Of a DNA stretch of 51,508 nt, positions 33,487 through 43,442 are shown piece by piece (within the stretch, counting starts at the first letter, position 1; each line of letters begins with the position of its first letter). The translations under genes were made by a program, and so were the position numbers. The notes beneath the pieces are model-generated. The model was not told where the DNA came from. It worked only from the letters and a program-made list of their open reading frames with translations, and did no database searches. The DNA is taken from positions 1 through 51,508 of the forward strand of contig CAIJOT010000150.1 in NCBI GenBank assembly GCA_903822335.1, written 5' to 3'. Origin of the DNA: an uncultured delta proteobacterium. GTDB taxonomy: Bacteria > Desulfobacterota > Syntrophorhabdia > Syntrophorhabdales > Syntrophorhabdaceae.

Positions 33487-34578
33487 ATGGATGAAACAAA
33501 CAACAATATGAATACAAAAAGAAAAGGTCTGCTCCTTTTCGGGATTGTGACTTTTGGCATTCTTTGCCTTATCTTCCTTTTCCTCTACCTCCATTACAAG
33601 GCAACACATATCGCCACAGATAATGCCTTTGTTGAAGGAAGGATCCATGTGATAGCCTCAAAGGTTGGCGGAACAGTTAAAACAATACATGTGAGGGACA
33701 ATCAACCCGTAAAAAAAGGTGACCTTCTCATAGAGATTGACGAAGTTGACTACAATATCAAGGTCAAAGAGGCATCCACCGCCCTTGAAACTGAAAAGAT
33801 TAGGCTTTCCGAAACCCAGAACAAATCCGAAGCAGCAAAAAAACAGCTTCAGGAAATAAAGGCTTCAGTGGACACGGCAAAGGCTAATGTAGAACTCCAG
33901 GATTCCAATGTCCGTCAGGCGAAACTTGACATGAAGAGGGCTGAAAATCTCTTTAAAAATGATGCTATTTCAAAAGAAAGGTATGAAAAAACACAGACCG
34001 CCCTTGAGGTCTCTGAGGCCCAGTTAAAGGCAGCACGGGAGCATGTGAAACAGTTAGAGGCATCCCAGGAGGCTCAACTTTCAATCATCAAACAGGCTGA
34101 AGCTGCAATTACCACGCAAAGTGCAACAATAAAACAACGGCAAACCTTACTTGAGGGCAGCCTTCTGAATAAAAGTTATGTAAAAATCTATACCCCGACA
34201 GATGGGTATGTAACAAAAAAATCCGTGGAAGTGGGAAACCAGATAAGCATCGGGCTACCATTGCTCGCCGTTGTGCCCCTTGACGATATCTGGATAGTTG
34301 CAAACTACAAGGAAACACAGCTACAGAAGATAAAACCAGGACATAAAGTAAAAATACAGGTAGACGCATATTCTAAAAAAACATTAACAGGTGTCGTAGA
34401 CAGCATAATGGCAGGAACAGGCACAACCTTTTCCCTGTTTCCCCCTGAAAATGCTACCGGTAACTATGTGAAGGTAGTCCAGAGAATACCTGTTAAGATC
34501 ATCCTCGATAAGGATACCGATAAAGAACAAACCCTGAGAATAGGTATGTCTGTCATACCAACCGTGATCGTTCGTTAA
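33487..34578 (+). CDS. HlyD/EmrA-family membrane fusion protein
   Basis: Single N-terminal TM, a lipoyl-like GGTVKTIHVRDNQPVKKGDLLIEID, a long coiled coil and a C-terminal barrel. Confidence 0.85.
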   Translation: MDETNNNMNTKRKGLLLFGIVTFGILCLIFLFLYLHYKATHIATDNAFVEGRIHVIASKVGGTVKTIHVRDNQPVKKGDLLIEIDEVDYNIKVKEASTALETEKIRLSETQNKSEAAKKQLQEIKASVDTAKANVELQDSNVRQAKLDMKRAENLFKNDAISKERYEKTQTALEVSEAQLKAAREHVKQLEASQEAQLSIIKQAEAAITTQSATIKQRQTLLEGSLLNKSYVKIYTPTDGYVTKKSVEVGNQISIGLPLLAVVPLDDIWIVANYKETQLQKIKPGHKVKIQVDAYSKKTLTGVVDSIMAGTGTTFSLFPPENATGNYVKVVQRIPVKIILDKDTDKEQTLRIGMSVIPTVIVR

Positions 34579-36089
34579 TGAATAAATGGATTGTTGCTAT
34601 TACCGTAATGCTCCCGACGCTGATCGAGATAATAGACATGTCAGTGGTAAACGTCTCCCTGGATCATATACGGGGAAGTCTCTCTGCAGGTCTCGACGAA
34701 TCCACATGGTCTATCACAATGTACCTCGTATCAAACGCAATCATCATACCTATTACCGGGTGGTTAAGTAAACGCTTTGGAAGAAAACGCTACCTCAATT
34801 TCTCAATAGCCCTTTTCACCTTCAGTTCGCTCATGTGCGGATTCTCATGGAACATTCAGAGCCTCATCGTCTTCCGGGTATTTCAGGGCATTGGCGGTGG
34901 TGCGCTCCAGCCCATATCGCAGTCTATACTTCTTGAAACCTTCTCGCCACGCGAGCACGGCATCGCAATGGCTTTCTTCGGGACAGGCATCATGTTCGGA
35001 CCTATTGTCGGTCCCTTGCTTGGGGGCTGGATTACTGATAACTGGTCGTGGCAATGGATCTTCTTCATAAACATCCCTATCGGCATAATCTCCATAATCA
35101 TGAGCATGCTCTTCATAAAAGACCCTCACTATATGCAGAGAACGAAAATGAAGATGGACTATCCAGGTTTAGCCTTTATTGCCCTTGGTCTCGGATGTCT
35201 TCAGGTATTGCTTGACCAGGGACAAAGAGAGGATTGGTTTTCATCAAATATGATTACCTGGTTAACGGTTATCTCTTTCACATCCTTGATACTGTTTTTA
35301 GTGGTCGAGTTGAAGAGCAAACAGCCGGTCATCAACCTAAAAATATTTAAAAACATCTCCTTTTCCTCAGGCAATATGATCCTGTTTTTCACTTTTTTTT
35401 GTATGTTTGCGAGTATTGTCCTTCTTCCTGTATACCTCCAGACCCTGATGGGCTATACAGCAACCCTCGCTGGTTTCGTACTCGGTCCTGGTGGTTTTGC
35501 ATCAATTTTAGCCCTTTCAATTGCAGGCAGGCTTGTTACAAGGGTAAACCCAAAGATCCTTCTGTTATTCGGACTCTCAGTATGTTCCTATTCAACATTC
35601 ACGATGGCAAATTTTAACCTCTATGCAGATTTTTTCTCAATCATGTGGCCAAGAATAACACTCGGTTTAGGTATGGGATTCATCTTCATACCCGTCACAA
35701 TCCTTACCCTCTCAACAATAAAAAAGGAGGAGATGAGCAACGCAACAGCCCTGTTCAATCTTATCAGGAATCTCGGCGGAAGCTTTGGCGTAGCTTTCGT
35801 GACAACAGTGCTTGCGAGAAGGGCACAGATCCACCAGTTGAGTCTTGTTGAGCATCTTACCGTTTTTGACATTCCATACCAGATAGGTCTGGAAAAAATA
35901 AAAGTTCTCCTTCATTATAGGGGTTTTGTTGATGCCATCTCACAGAAGGTAGCAAACGCCATAATCTATAAAGACCTCATAAGGCAAGCGACTATGATTT
36001 CATTCAATGACACCTTCTTTTTATTAGGGATACTGTTGCTGTGCACTCTCCCGCTTATCCTGTTGCTCAAAAGACCCAGGCGTGGATAG
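34578..36089 (+). CDS. MFS DHA2-family (EmrB/QacA type, 14-TMS) drug efflux transporter
   Basis: LDHIRGSLSA, GWLSKRFGRKR (motif A) and FRVFQGIGGGAL. 503 aa. The start overlaps the emrA-like stop. Confidence 0.85.
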   Translation: MNKWIVAITVMLPTLIEIIDMSVVNVSLDHIRGSLSAGLDESTWSITMYLVSNAIIIPITGWLSKRFGRKRYLNFSIALFTFSSLMCGFSWNIQSLIVFRVFQGIGGGALQPISQSILLETFSPREHGIAMAFFGTGIMFGPIVGPLLGGWITDNWSWQWIFFINIPIGIISIIMSMLFIKDPHYMQRTKMKMDYPGLAFIALGLGCLQVLLDQGQREDWFSSNMITWLTVISFTSLILFLVVELKSKQPVINLKIFKNISFSSGNMILFFTFFCMFASIVLLPVYLQTLMGYTATLAGFVLGPGGFASILALSIAGRLVTRVNPKILLLFGLSVCSYSTFTMANFNLYADFFSIMWPRITLGLGMGFIFIPVTILTLSTIKKEEMSNATALFNLIRNLGGSFGVAFVTTVLARRAQIHQLSLVEHLTVFDIPYQIGLEKIKVLLHYRGFVDAISQKVANAIIYKDLIRQATMISFNDTFFLLGILLLCTLPLILLLKRPRRG

Positions 36090-36130
36090 GTATTAAGGAG
36101 TATGGAGTAAGCGCTAAGCAGAATGCAAAA
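36089..36130. repeat. Degenerate heptamer array (GGTATTA AGGAGTA TGGAGTA AGCGCTA AGCAGAA TGCAAAA)
   Basis: 7-nt periodicity starting at the last base of the MFS gene stop codon. Weaker than the other arrays. Confidence 0.5.
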
Positions 36131-36222
36131 GGCGGGTGGTAGACAAGAACATCCTATTTACATACACATAAAGAGTGTGTTAAAAATTGCTTAAAAAAAT
36201 AATGCCTCGAGGTTGACGAAGA

Positions 36223-37221
36223 ATGATTACCGGTATTGGAAGTTTCCCTTTCACAGAAGCAGATGAAGCAATAGATTTAATATTTTCTACATGCAGGGAA
36301 ATACCCTTCTGGCCGCAACTGCCAAAAAGGTCACCTATTGAAAACATGTATATCCCCTTTCTCGAATCAGTTCCCTGTGTTGTTATTGACGAAACACAAG
36401 GCACAGTAGTTATAGATACAGAAAAAACACAAGGAATAGAACAATTCTATGAGAATTTTTATAGTGAAAAACTCGATGCCTTTGCCATCTCAGATAAAAT
36501 GGCGCCTGGTTTCTATAGATTTTTAGAAAGGCTTAAAGAGATTAAGGACGATACAAAATTCATCAAAGGCCAGCTCACGGGACCCTTCAGCATGGGGTTG
36601 GGGCTTAAGGATGAAAAAGGCAAACCTATTATATATAACTACGGATTTTTTGATATGATTAAAAAAGCTCTGAATATGAAGGCAAAATGGATGATAGCTA
36701 CCATAAAAGCATCATATCCTGAAAAGGATGTCATAATATTCTTTGATGAACCTTATCTCGTTTCCTTTGGCTCGGCCTATATATCTGTCTCTAAAGAGGA
36801 TACTGTCGCCCTTTTAAACGAGGTATCGGGAGGGCTCAAAGCAAAAAGGGGTATTCACTGCTGTGGAAATACAGACTGGTCAGTATTATTCAATGTTGAT
36901 ACTGATATTATCAACTACGACGCTTTCAACTTCTTGGAGACCATCTTTTATTTCAAGGAAGACCTTGCAAGGTTTCTGAAAAAGGGCGGCCACGTATCCC
37001 CAGGTATTGTTCCTTCCTCTGAAAAGGTATTGGATACCTCAATAGATGATATTTTGAACTTACGGGAAAAATTTTGTGAAAGCATCGATACGATAAATCC
37101 TGAAACGGATAAGATAGATTGGCTATTCACAACAAGTTGCGGGCTGGGTAGTCTGAATCCTGCTGAAGCACAGAGGTCAATGGAACTGCTGAAGGAATTG
37201 TCAGAAATTCAAAAGATGTGA
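36223..37221 (+). CDS. MetE/UROD-like TIM-barrel Zn-methyltransferase-family protein (paralog of 14753-15781)
   Basis: Shares IPFWPQLPK, H-x-C (IHCCG) and TSCGLGSL (MetE-like DCGL motif) with the other copy. Confidence 0.45.
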   Translation: MITGIGSFPFTEADEAIDLIFSTCREIPFWPQLPKRSPIENMYIPFLESVPCVVIDETQGTVVIDTEKTQGIEQFYENFYSEKLDAFAISDKMAPGFYRFLERLKEIKDDTKFIKGQLTGPFSMGLGLKDEKGKPIIYNYGFFDMIKKALNMKAKWMIATIKASYPEKDVIIFFDEPYLVSFGSAYISVSKEDTVALLNEVSGGLKAKRGIHCCGNTDWSVLFNVDTDIINYDAFNFLETIFYFKEDLARFLKKGGHVSPGIVPSSEKVLDTSIDDILNLREKFCESIDTINPETDKIDWLFTTSCGLGSLNPAEAQRSMELLKELSEIQKM

Positions 37222-37244
37222 AGATGAGAATTTGAGCAATAGAC

Positions 37245-37312
37245 GTTGCGAGTTACAAGTTGCGGCGAGTCTAAAAAGCTGAATGCGGAACACGTAACCC
37301 GAAACATGGAAC
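37245..37312. repeat. Heptamer arrays in inverted orientation: GTTGCGA GTTACAA GTTGCGG (plus strand), then GCGGAAC ACGTAAC CCGAAAC ATGGAAC (= GTTNCNN on the minus strand)
   Basis: Read directly from the sequence. They occupy most of the 97-nt spacer between convergent genes. Confidence 0.85.
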
Positions 37313-37318
37313 TTCATG

Positions 37319-38161
37319 CTATAGGCCACGGTATTTTTCTAAAAACTTTTTTACCCCTTCGCTGTATACCTTGCCTGAGATAAGGAACCCCTCGTTGTGT
37401 CCGCCTTTGATTTCCAGAAACTCTTTAGGCAATGAAGCGTTTTCATAAAGCGATTTGCCAAATTTATAAGGTATTACCTCATCTTCAGGGCTGTGAATGA
37501 TCAATTTGGGGCATTTAATGAAGCGAATTTTTTCTACAGTTGAGTATTTGAACTTTGATAGGTATCTCACAGGGAGCCATGGATAAAGCTTCGCTGCAAG
37601 TTCCGGTATAGATGTAAAACTCGACTCTATAATCAGACAGGCAGGGTTCTTTTTCAACGCAATCTCCGCTGCTATTGCGCCTCCCAGTGAACGGCCAAAG
37701 ATTACAATGTTTTCAGGTGATTTCTTTTTTACATTGACCAGATAATCCCATGTAGCCTCAGCATCAAGGTATGTTCCCTTTTCAGATGGCTTTCCTTCGC
37801 TCTTTCCATAACCTCTGTAATCAAAGATTAATACGCTGAAATTGAGGCTGTGAAAAATCCCAACGGAATCCAATCTGTGGGATATGTTCCCTGCATTACC
37901 GTGACAGAAAAGAACTGTTCCTTTTTCATCTTTTGCCGGAATATACCAGCCGGAAATGGTAATTCCGTCTTCTGTCTGAAAATTCACCTCTTCATATGCA
38001 AGGCCTATATTTTGGGGAGTCCGGAATACATCTCTCTCAGGCGCATAGAGCATTGTTCCCTGCTTGAGATACAGGACGACCATTATGACCAGATAGGACA
38101 AACACAGAATGATTATTGTATCTATTAGTATTTTCTGCATACCTTTCTTCCCTTTCTTCAC
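37319..38161 (-). CDS. Alpha/beta hydrolase with N-terminal membrane anchor
   Basis: HGNAGNISHR, DYRGYGKSEG and the nucleophile elbow GRSLGGA. Has an N-terminal TM helix. Confidence 0.8.
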   Translation of the reverse strand: MKKGKKGMQKILIDTIIILCLSYLVIMVVLYLKQGTMLYAPERDVFRTPQNIGLAYEEVNFQTEDGITISGWYIPAKDEKGTVLFCHGNAGNISHRLDSVGIFHSLNFSVLIFDYRGYGKSEGKPSEKGTYLDAEATWDYLVNVKKKSPENIVIFGRSLGGAIAAEIALKKNPACLIIESSFTSIPELAAKLYPWLPVRYLSKFKYSTVEKIRFIKCPKLIIHSPEDEVIPYKFGKSLYENASLPKEFLEIKGGHNEGFLISGKVYSEGVKKFLEKYRGL

Positions 38162-38170
38162 AACGTAAAA

Positions 38171-38722
38171 TTATACCAAATGCTGTTGGAGTTTCTCTCT
38201 GATAAGGCCGGTTAACCTTTCTGCAGCTACATCTAAGGTTTGACTGTTTTCAAAGACAATATCAACATGGTCAAATTCTTCAAATTCCTTCTTGAGGGAG
38301 AGGTACATACCGAAAGGGTCTCCCAGAATATGTTCTGTCCTCTCATCGCTTGTTAGCCTCTCTCGTATAATCTCCTCATCTGTCTTTACCCAGATAATGA
38401 TATATCCTCCAAAATATTTTTTAGCCCCATCAAATAAAATCTGCCTCGGTAATCTTTTATGGAGAGTCTCATCAACAATCAAGTGCTCGTTCGTCTTTGA
38501 TAATTCAACAAAATCTTCAACTGCCCTGTTGAACATTACCATCCTCGCTTCATCTGGAAATGGCACATTATACTTCAGGTTATATTCTAAACGTGGATCA
38601 GCGTGGACAACTTCTTTCTTCACCTTATCTACCTCGTAGTAAGGGGTTTGTAATGTTCTGGCAACCATCTTTGCCAGAGAAGTTTTTCCCGTACCTATAA
38701 GTCCACCAAAAAAGATAACCAT
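38171..38722 (-). CDS. P-loop NTPase / small-molecule kinase-like protein (AAA_33-like); start trimmed
   Basis: Walker A GGLIGTGKTSLAK sits right after the internal Met. A TAATG overlap joins it to the upstream gene's stop. The ORF-track extension is Cys-rich and overlaps that gene. Confidence 0.65.
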   Translation of the reverse strand: MVIFFGGLIGTGKTSLAKMVARTLQTPYYEVDKVKKEVVHADPRLEYNLKYNVPFPDEARMVMFNRAVEDFVELSKTNEHLIVDETLHKRLPRQILFDGAKKYFGGYIIIWVKTDEEIIRERLTSDERTEHILGDPFGMYLSLKKEFEEFDHVDIVFENSQTLDVAAERLTGLIREKLQQHLV

Positions 38723-39081
38723 TATTCCTTCTTCACAAAAGTTTGAGCAATCCTGATTATCAGAACCGCAGCAAATCCCCACGCAAAGGGGAGCCAAACC
38801 GGAATATTGAGGAAAGTGGGAAGCGTGTACTTCCAGATACCAGTCTTTGTGGCTATTATTTCTGCTGTAGGGCCGAGGATTGCACCAGCAACATATAAAA
38901 CATGGTCTTCCCTGTTGGGCCAGAAATAATACCTTATCAGGTAAGAAACAAGCAGGATTACTGTTACTACAACGTTATGTTTCCAGAATAGCACAACGAG
39001 AAATATAACGAACCAGAAAATGAACAAATCCCTGCCTAAGGCTAATTTTTCGTTTTGTTTCATTGTTTCTACCTTAATCAA
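38722..39081 (-). CDS. Small integral membrane protein (3-4 TM), function unknown
   Basis: Hydrophobic segments FIFWFVIFLVVLF, VVVTVILLVSYLI and VWLPFAWGFAAVLII. First gene of a three-gene minus-strand operon. Confidence 0.5.
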   Translation of the reverse strand: MIKVETMKQNEKLALGRDLFIFWFVIFLVVLFWKHNVVVTVILLVSYLIRYYFWPNREDHVLYVAGAILGPTAEIIATKTGIWKYTLPTFLNIPVWLPFAWGFAAVLIIRIAQTFVKKE

Positions 39082-39217
39082 TTGTAAAGTATCTTACCTA
39101 TTGGAAAATGACTTGAGGTATCCAAAATCTCATGCAATAATGAACAACATACCCTATCCAAGAGGTGCCCAATGAATGTAACACAAAGCTCCCCTCCTTT
39201 CAAGCCCATTTCTACTC

Positions 39218-40063
39218 ATGGTAAGACTGTTACGTATGGAGATTACCTTTATGGTTTCAACAAATAACATATCTCCTGATTACTCACATATTGACCGAAC
39301 AACAATCCTTCACAACATATTTTTTCCCTTCAATTACTACACAGAGTGCCCAGAGAACGCCTTTGACCTTTCTGTTCCGGTAGATAATGGTATTTCTGTT
39401 TCATGCCGTTTTTATGTGGGGAATGATACATGGCCATGGATTTTGTTTTTCCATGGTAACGGAGAAGTGGTGAGTGATTATGACGAAACTGCACCACTAT
39501 ACATGCAAAGGGGACTTAACCTCGTCGTTGCAGATTACCGGGGTTATGGCAAAAGTAGCGGAGTTCCAACGTTAACGGATACTGTTCGCGATGCCCATAT
39601 CATCTTTCAAGCAATAAAAGAAGAACTTGCAAAAGGGGGCTTTAAACACGACCTGTGGATTATGGGAAGGTCTCTCGGGAGCGTTTCCGCACTGGAACTT
39701 GCCTACCACTATCAGGATAGTATCAAGGGGCTTATCATAGAAAGCGGCTTTCCAAGTATTGTAAGCATCCTCACACACCTTGACATACCTACTTACAATA
39801 TAGACCTGGAACAGATATACCTGGATTGCGTTCACATGATACGGGGGATTTCTATTCCTACCCTGATCATCCATGGCGAATATGATACCCTCGTTCCCCT
39901 AAAAGAGGCTCAGGATTTATATCAATACATCGGAACAAAGGAAAAACAGCTACTGATAATCCTCAAGGCAAATCATAATGATATATTTTTTGTTGGCTTT
40001 GACCAGTACTTCGATGCGCTACACGGGTTTATCGAGGCAACGGACAGATCGAAAAAGGAATGA
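39218..40063 (+). CDS. Alpha/beta hydrolase (paralog of 37319-38161, no membrane anchor)
   Basis: FHGNGEVVSDY, DYRGYGKSSG, GRSLGSV and HGEYDTLVP. The start could be one of several Mets between 39218 and 39251. Confidence 0.8.
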   Translation: MVRLLRMEITFMVSTNNISPDYSHIDRTTILHNIFFPFNYYTECPENAFDLSVPVDNGISVSCRFYVGNDTWPWILFFHGNGEVVSDYDETAPLYMQRGLNLVVADYRGYGKSSGVPTLTDTVRDAHIIFQAIKEELAKGGFKHDLWIMGRSLGSVSALELAYHYQDSIKGLIIESGFPSIVSILTHLDIPTYNIDLEQIYLDCVHMIRGISIPTLIIHGEYDTLVPLKEAQDLYQYIGTKEKQLLIILKANHNDIFFVGFDQYFDALHGFIEATDRSKKE

Positions 40064-40069
40064 AAATTT

Positions 40070-40780
40070 CTACATATGCGTGTCTCTGTCATTAAGGAAT
40101 TTTTTATAAATCTGATAATGACTCGTATCTTCATACCTGATTTGTTGAACAGGCGCATGGTCAAAGCTATATATCGTGGCATCAGGCAAGGCGAGTAAAA
40201 TAGGCGAGTGGGTGGCAATAATAAATTGAGCATGACCATTCTGACCCACATCTTCAAGTACGTTAAGCAATTCCAACTGTGTCTTCGGTGAAAGTGCATT
40301 TTCTGGCTCATCTAAAAGATAAAGTCCTTTTTTTTGAAAACGACTCTTAAAATATGACATGTGGCATTGTCCATGGGATTGTGTCATTAGAGATTTGCCG
40401 CCAAAATAGTCAAGAACCTTAGGAGAAGCTACTGCCCATTGATCAAGGATATTCGTAAAATGCTGAAAAATTGCAGAGGCAAAAAATGATCCAGGTACCA
40501 CTCCATCCGTCCATTCTACACTGATAAACCTATAGAGTTCTTCCTCGTATCTATTCAACTCAAATCGGCGCTCTTCAACAGGTTCCCATATATGGATATT
40601 ACATCTACGTGCTATAGCCTCAATCAGCGTTGATTTTCCTGTACCGTTTTCCCCCACAAAGAAGGTAACTGGTGTATTAAATGCTATCAATCTGGTTATA
40701 TGAAAATTGTGCAAATTGAATGGGTAACAGTCTTTCGCAGGATATTTTTCGGGGAAAAGCGTTATCTTTCTTAAATGCAC
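40070..40780 (-). CDS. Stand-alone ABC-type/AAA_21-like ATPase (COG3910-like)
   Basis: Walker A GENGTGKSTLIEAIA, a Q-loop-like SHGQ, Walker B LYLLDEPENALSP and ATHSP (H-loop). Confidence 0.7.
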   Translation of the reverse strand: MHLRKITLFPEKYPAKDCYPFNLHNFHITRLIAFNTPVTFFVGENGTGKSTLIEAIARRCNIHIWEPVEERRFELNRYEEELYRFISVEWTDGVVPGSFFASAIFQHFTNILDQWAVASPKVLDYFGGKSLMTQSHGQCHMSYFKSRFQKKGLYLLDEPENALSPKTQLELLNVLEDVGQNGHAQFIIATHSPILLALPDATIYSFDHAPVQQIRYEDTSHYQIYKKFLNDRDTHM

Positions 40781-40818
40781 TGTATGTCTCCTTTTTTATT
40801 CATTTTCCTGTTATGGTA

Positions 40819-43251
40819 TCAGATGGGTACAGGGGACACATGCCATATCTTTTTAGCATACTCAAGAACTGCCCTGTCACTTGAAAATTTTCCTGAACGT
40901 GCCACATTGAGTATAGCCATCTTTGTCCACTTGTCCTTTTTCTGGTACTCTTCGCTTACCTTTTCCTGACAACTGATATATGAAGCGTAATCAGCTAAGA
41001 CAAAATACCTGTCTCCCTCTAAAAGGGTTTTGATGATAGGGTAAAACAAACCATGATTATCCGGTGAAAAGTGACCTTCTAACAGCTGGTTGATAACCTG
41101 TCGAAGCTCCCCATCTTTTTCATAATACTCCTGAGGATTGTAAGTAGAATGCATCTCTGCAATCTCCTTTGCCATAAGTCCAAAAAGAAAGAAGTTCTCC
41201 TCACCTGCTTCCTCCCTTATCTCTATATTAGCTCCGTCGAGTGTGCCGATTGTTAAAGCACCGTTTAAGGCAAATTTCATATTTCCTGTTCCGGATGCTT
41301 CAAGACCTGCTGTAGAAATTTGCTCAGACAGGTCTGCCGCTGGAATGATGCGCTGTGCCAGAGAAACATTATAATTAGGAACAAATATTACCTGTAACTT
41401 TTCATTCACCACAGGATTCGCATTTATCACATCCCCAACAGCATGTATAAGCTTGATGATTAGTTTGCACAAAAAATATCCAGGTGCTGATTTCCCTGCA
41501 AAAAGTATTGTCCTCGGCGTAAACGTTTCGTCCATCCTTCCTTCCCTGATCCTGTTATACAAGGTGATAGCATGGAAGATATTCAAAATCTGGCGTTTGT
41601 ACTCGTGCAATCTTTTTACCTGACAGTCTAAAAGGAAGGGGGAGCGAAAAGACAGTTTGCATGTCCATCCTAAATAGTTGGACAGGGCGTTTTTATTCGC
41701 TTCCTTAACCTCACGGAATCGCTTACAAAATTCGCTGTCATCTGCCAATGATTCTAATTTTTTCAACTTGTGGAGGTCTTTTATCCAGGCATCTCCAATC
41801 GCTTCAGTAATAAGTTTTGCAAGCCTCGGGTTGGATTCGAGAAGCCAGCGTCTATGGGTAATGCCATTGGTGACATTCTGAAACCTCTCAGGAAAAAGTG
41901 TAAATAAATCATTAAAAACATTCTCTTTCAAAATACCGGAATGGAGCTCTGAGACTCCATTTACAGCATGGCTTCCTACGATTGCGAGACGGGCCATGTG
42001 TACCCTTCCTTCCCCTCCATCTGTGATAATGGACATCTTTTTTTTGCGTTCCTCTTCTCCAGGGAATTTACAATCAACCTGTATCAAAAACCTCCTGTTA
42101 ATCTCCTGAATAATTTGGAGATGACGGGGCAATAAGGAGCCCATCAGTTCTTCAGACCATGTCTCAAGAGCTTCCTCAAGGATTGTATGGTTGGTATAGG
42201 CAAAGGTCTTTATTGTCATCTCCCATGATACATCCCATTCAAGTCCCTCTTCATCCACGAGAATCCGCATAAGTTCTGCTATGGCAATAGAAGGGTGGGT
42301 GTCGTTGAGCTGGATAGAAACCTTATCAGGAAAAGATCCATAGTCTTTATGAAACTTCCTGTATCTTCTGATAATATCTCTGAGCGTTGCTGAAACAAAG
42401 AAATACTGTTGTTTAAGCCTCAACTCCTTCCCTGCCATGGATTGGTCGTCAGGATAGAGTACCTTGGAGATGTTTTCACTATTGTTTTTATTTTCCACAG
42501 CCTTTATGTAATCACCGCTGTTGAAGTACTCCAGGTCAAAATCCCTGGTGGATTTTGCAGACCATAGACGAAGGGTATTGACTGTATTGTTATGGAATCC
42601 AGGGATAGGATAGTCATAGGCCATTGCCATAACCTCTTCTGTATCGGTCCATACCATACGTAACCTGCCACTCCCATACACAATAGGATTGACTTTACCA
42701 TAAAACCGAACGGGATACAGAAGCTCTGGTCTCTGAAATTCCCATGGATTACCATACCTCAACCAGTTGTCAGGGGTCTCAACCTGATACCCATCTTTAA
42801 TCCTCTGGGAAAATATACCATATTCGTACCGTATACCATAACCATAGCCAGGGTATTGCAGGGTTGCCATAGAATCGAGAAAACAGGCAGCCAGTCTTCC
42901 TAATCCTCCGTTTCCCAATCCCGTATCCCACTCAAGCTCTATAATCTCTTCGTAAGATAATCCAAAAACATCCAACATCTGTTCATATTCTTTCCGTAGG
43001 CCAAGGTTGTTTATATAACTTTCTAATAGTTTCCCCATGAGAAACTCGAGGGAAAGATAGTATATCCTCTTTGTGTCAACATCGTAATACTGTTGCTGGG
43101 TTTTAATCCAATTCTCTGCCAGATGGTCCCTTACAGACAGGGCAAAGGCATGCATCTTATCTTTTTGTGTCGCAGAGTACCTGTCTTTTGCGAGAGAATA
43201 TGCAAGATGGTCCAGGAGGGATTCCCGAAACACTTTCTTAGACCTTGCCAT
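40819..43251 (-). CDS. glgP: Glycogen/alpha-glucan phosphorylase
   Basis: 810 aa. EASGTGNMKFALNGALTIGTLDGANIE is the PLP-lysine signature. Confidence 0.95.
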   Translation of the reverse strand: MARSKKVFRESLLDHLAYSLAKDRYSATQKDKMHAFALSVRDHLAENWIKTQQQYYDVDTKRIYYLSLEFLMGKLLESYINNLGLRKEYEQMLDVFGLSYEEIIELEWDTGLGNGGLGRLAACFLDSMATLQYPGYGYGIRYEYGIFSQRIKDGYQVETPDNWLRYGNPWEFQRPELLYPVRFYGKVNPIVYGSGRLRMVWTDTEEVMAMAYDYPIPGFHNNTVNTLRLWSAKSTRDFDLEYFNSGDYIKAVENKNNSENISKVLYPDDQSMAGKELRLKQQYFFVSATLRDIIRRYRKFHKDYGSFPDKVSIQLNDTHPSIAIAELMRILVDEEGLEWDVSWEMTIKTFAYTNHTILEEALETWSEELMGSLLPRHLQIIQEINRRFLIQVDCKFPGEEERKKKMSIITDGGEGRVHMARLAIVGSHAVNGVSELHSGILKENVFNDLFTLFPERFQNVTNGITHRRWLLESNPRLAKLITEAIGDAWIKDLHKLKKLESLADDSEFCKRFREVKEANKNALSNYLGWTCKLSFRSPFLLDCQVKRLHEYKRQILNIFHAITLYNRIREGRMDETFTPRTILFAGKSAPGYFLCKLIIKLIHAVGDVINANPVVNEKLQVIFVPNYNVSLAQRIIPAADLSEQISTAGLEASGTGNMKFALNGALTIGTLDGANIEIREEAGEENFFLFGLMAKEIAEMHSTYNPQEYYEKDGELRQVINQLLEGHFSPDNHGLFYPIIKTLLEGDRYFVLADYASYISCQEKVSEEYQKKDKWTKMAILNVARSGKFSSDRAVLEYAKKIWHVSPVPI

Positions 43252-43442
43252 AAAAACACCCCCATTTCTTCATTCAAAAACCTGTAATAATTTTACAATA
43301 TCATTTTTTATCTGTATGTGCAAAAAAGATGCAACACAATAAAACAAACTCTAAAACTTAGAATTTTGAATTTAGTATCATATGGTATACAATATCAAAA
43401 TCTGGAAGGCAATATATGGTAAATAAAAGGAGGTTAGAAAAA

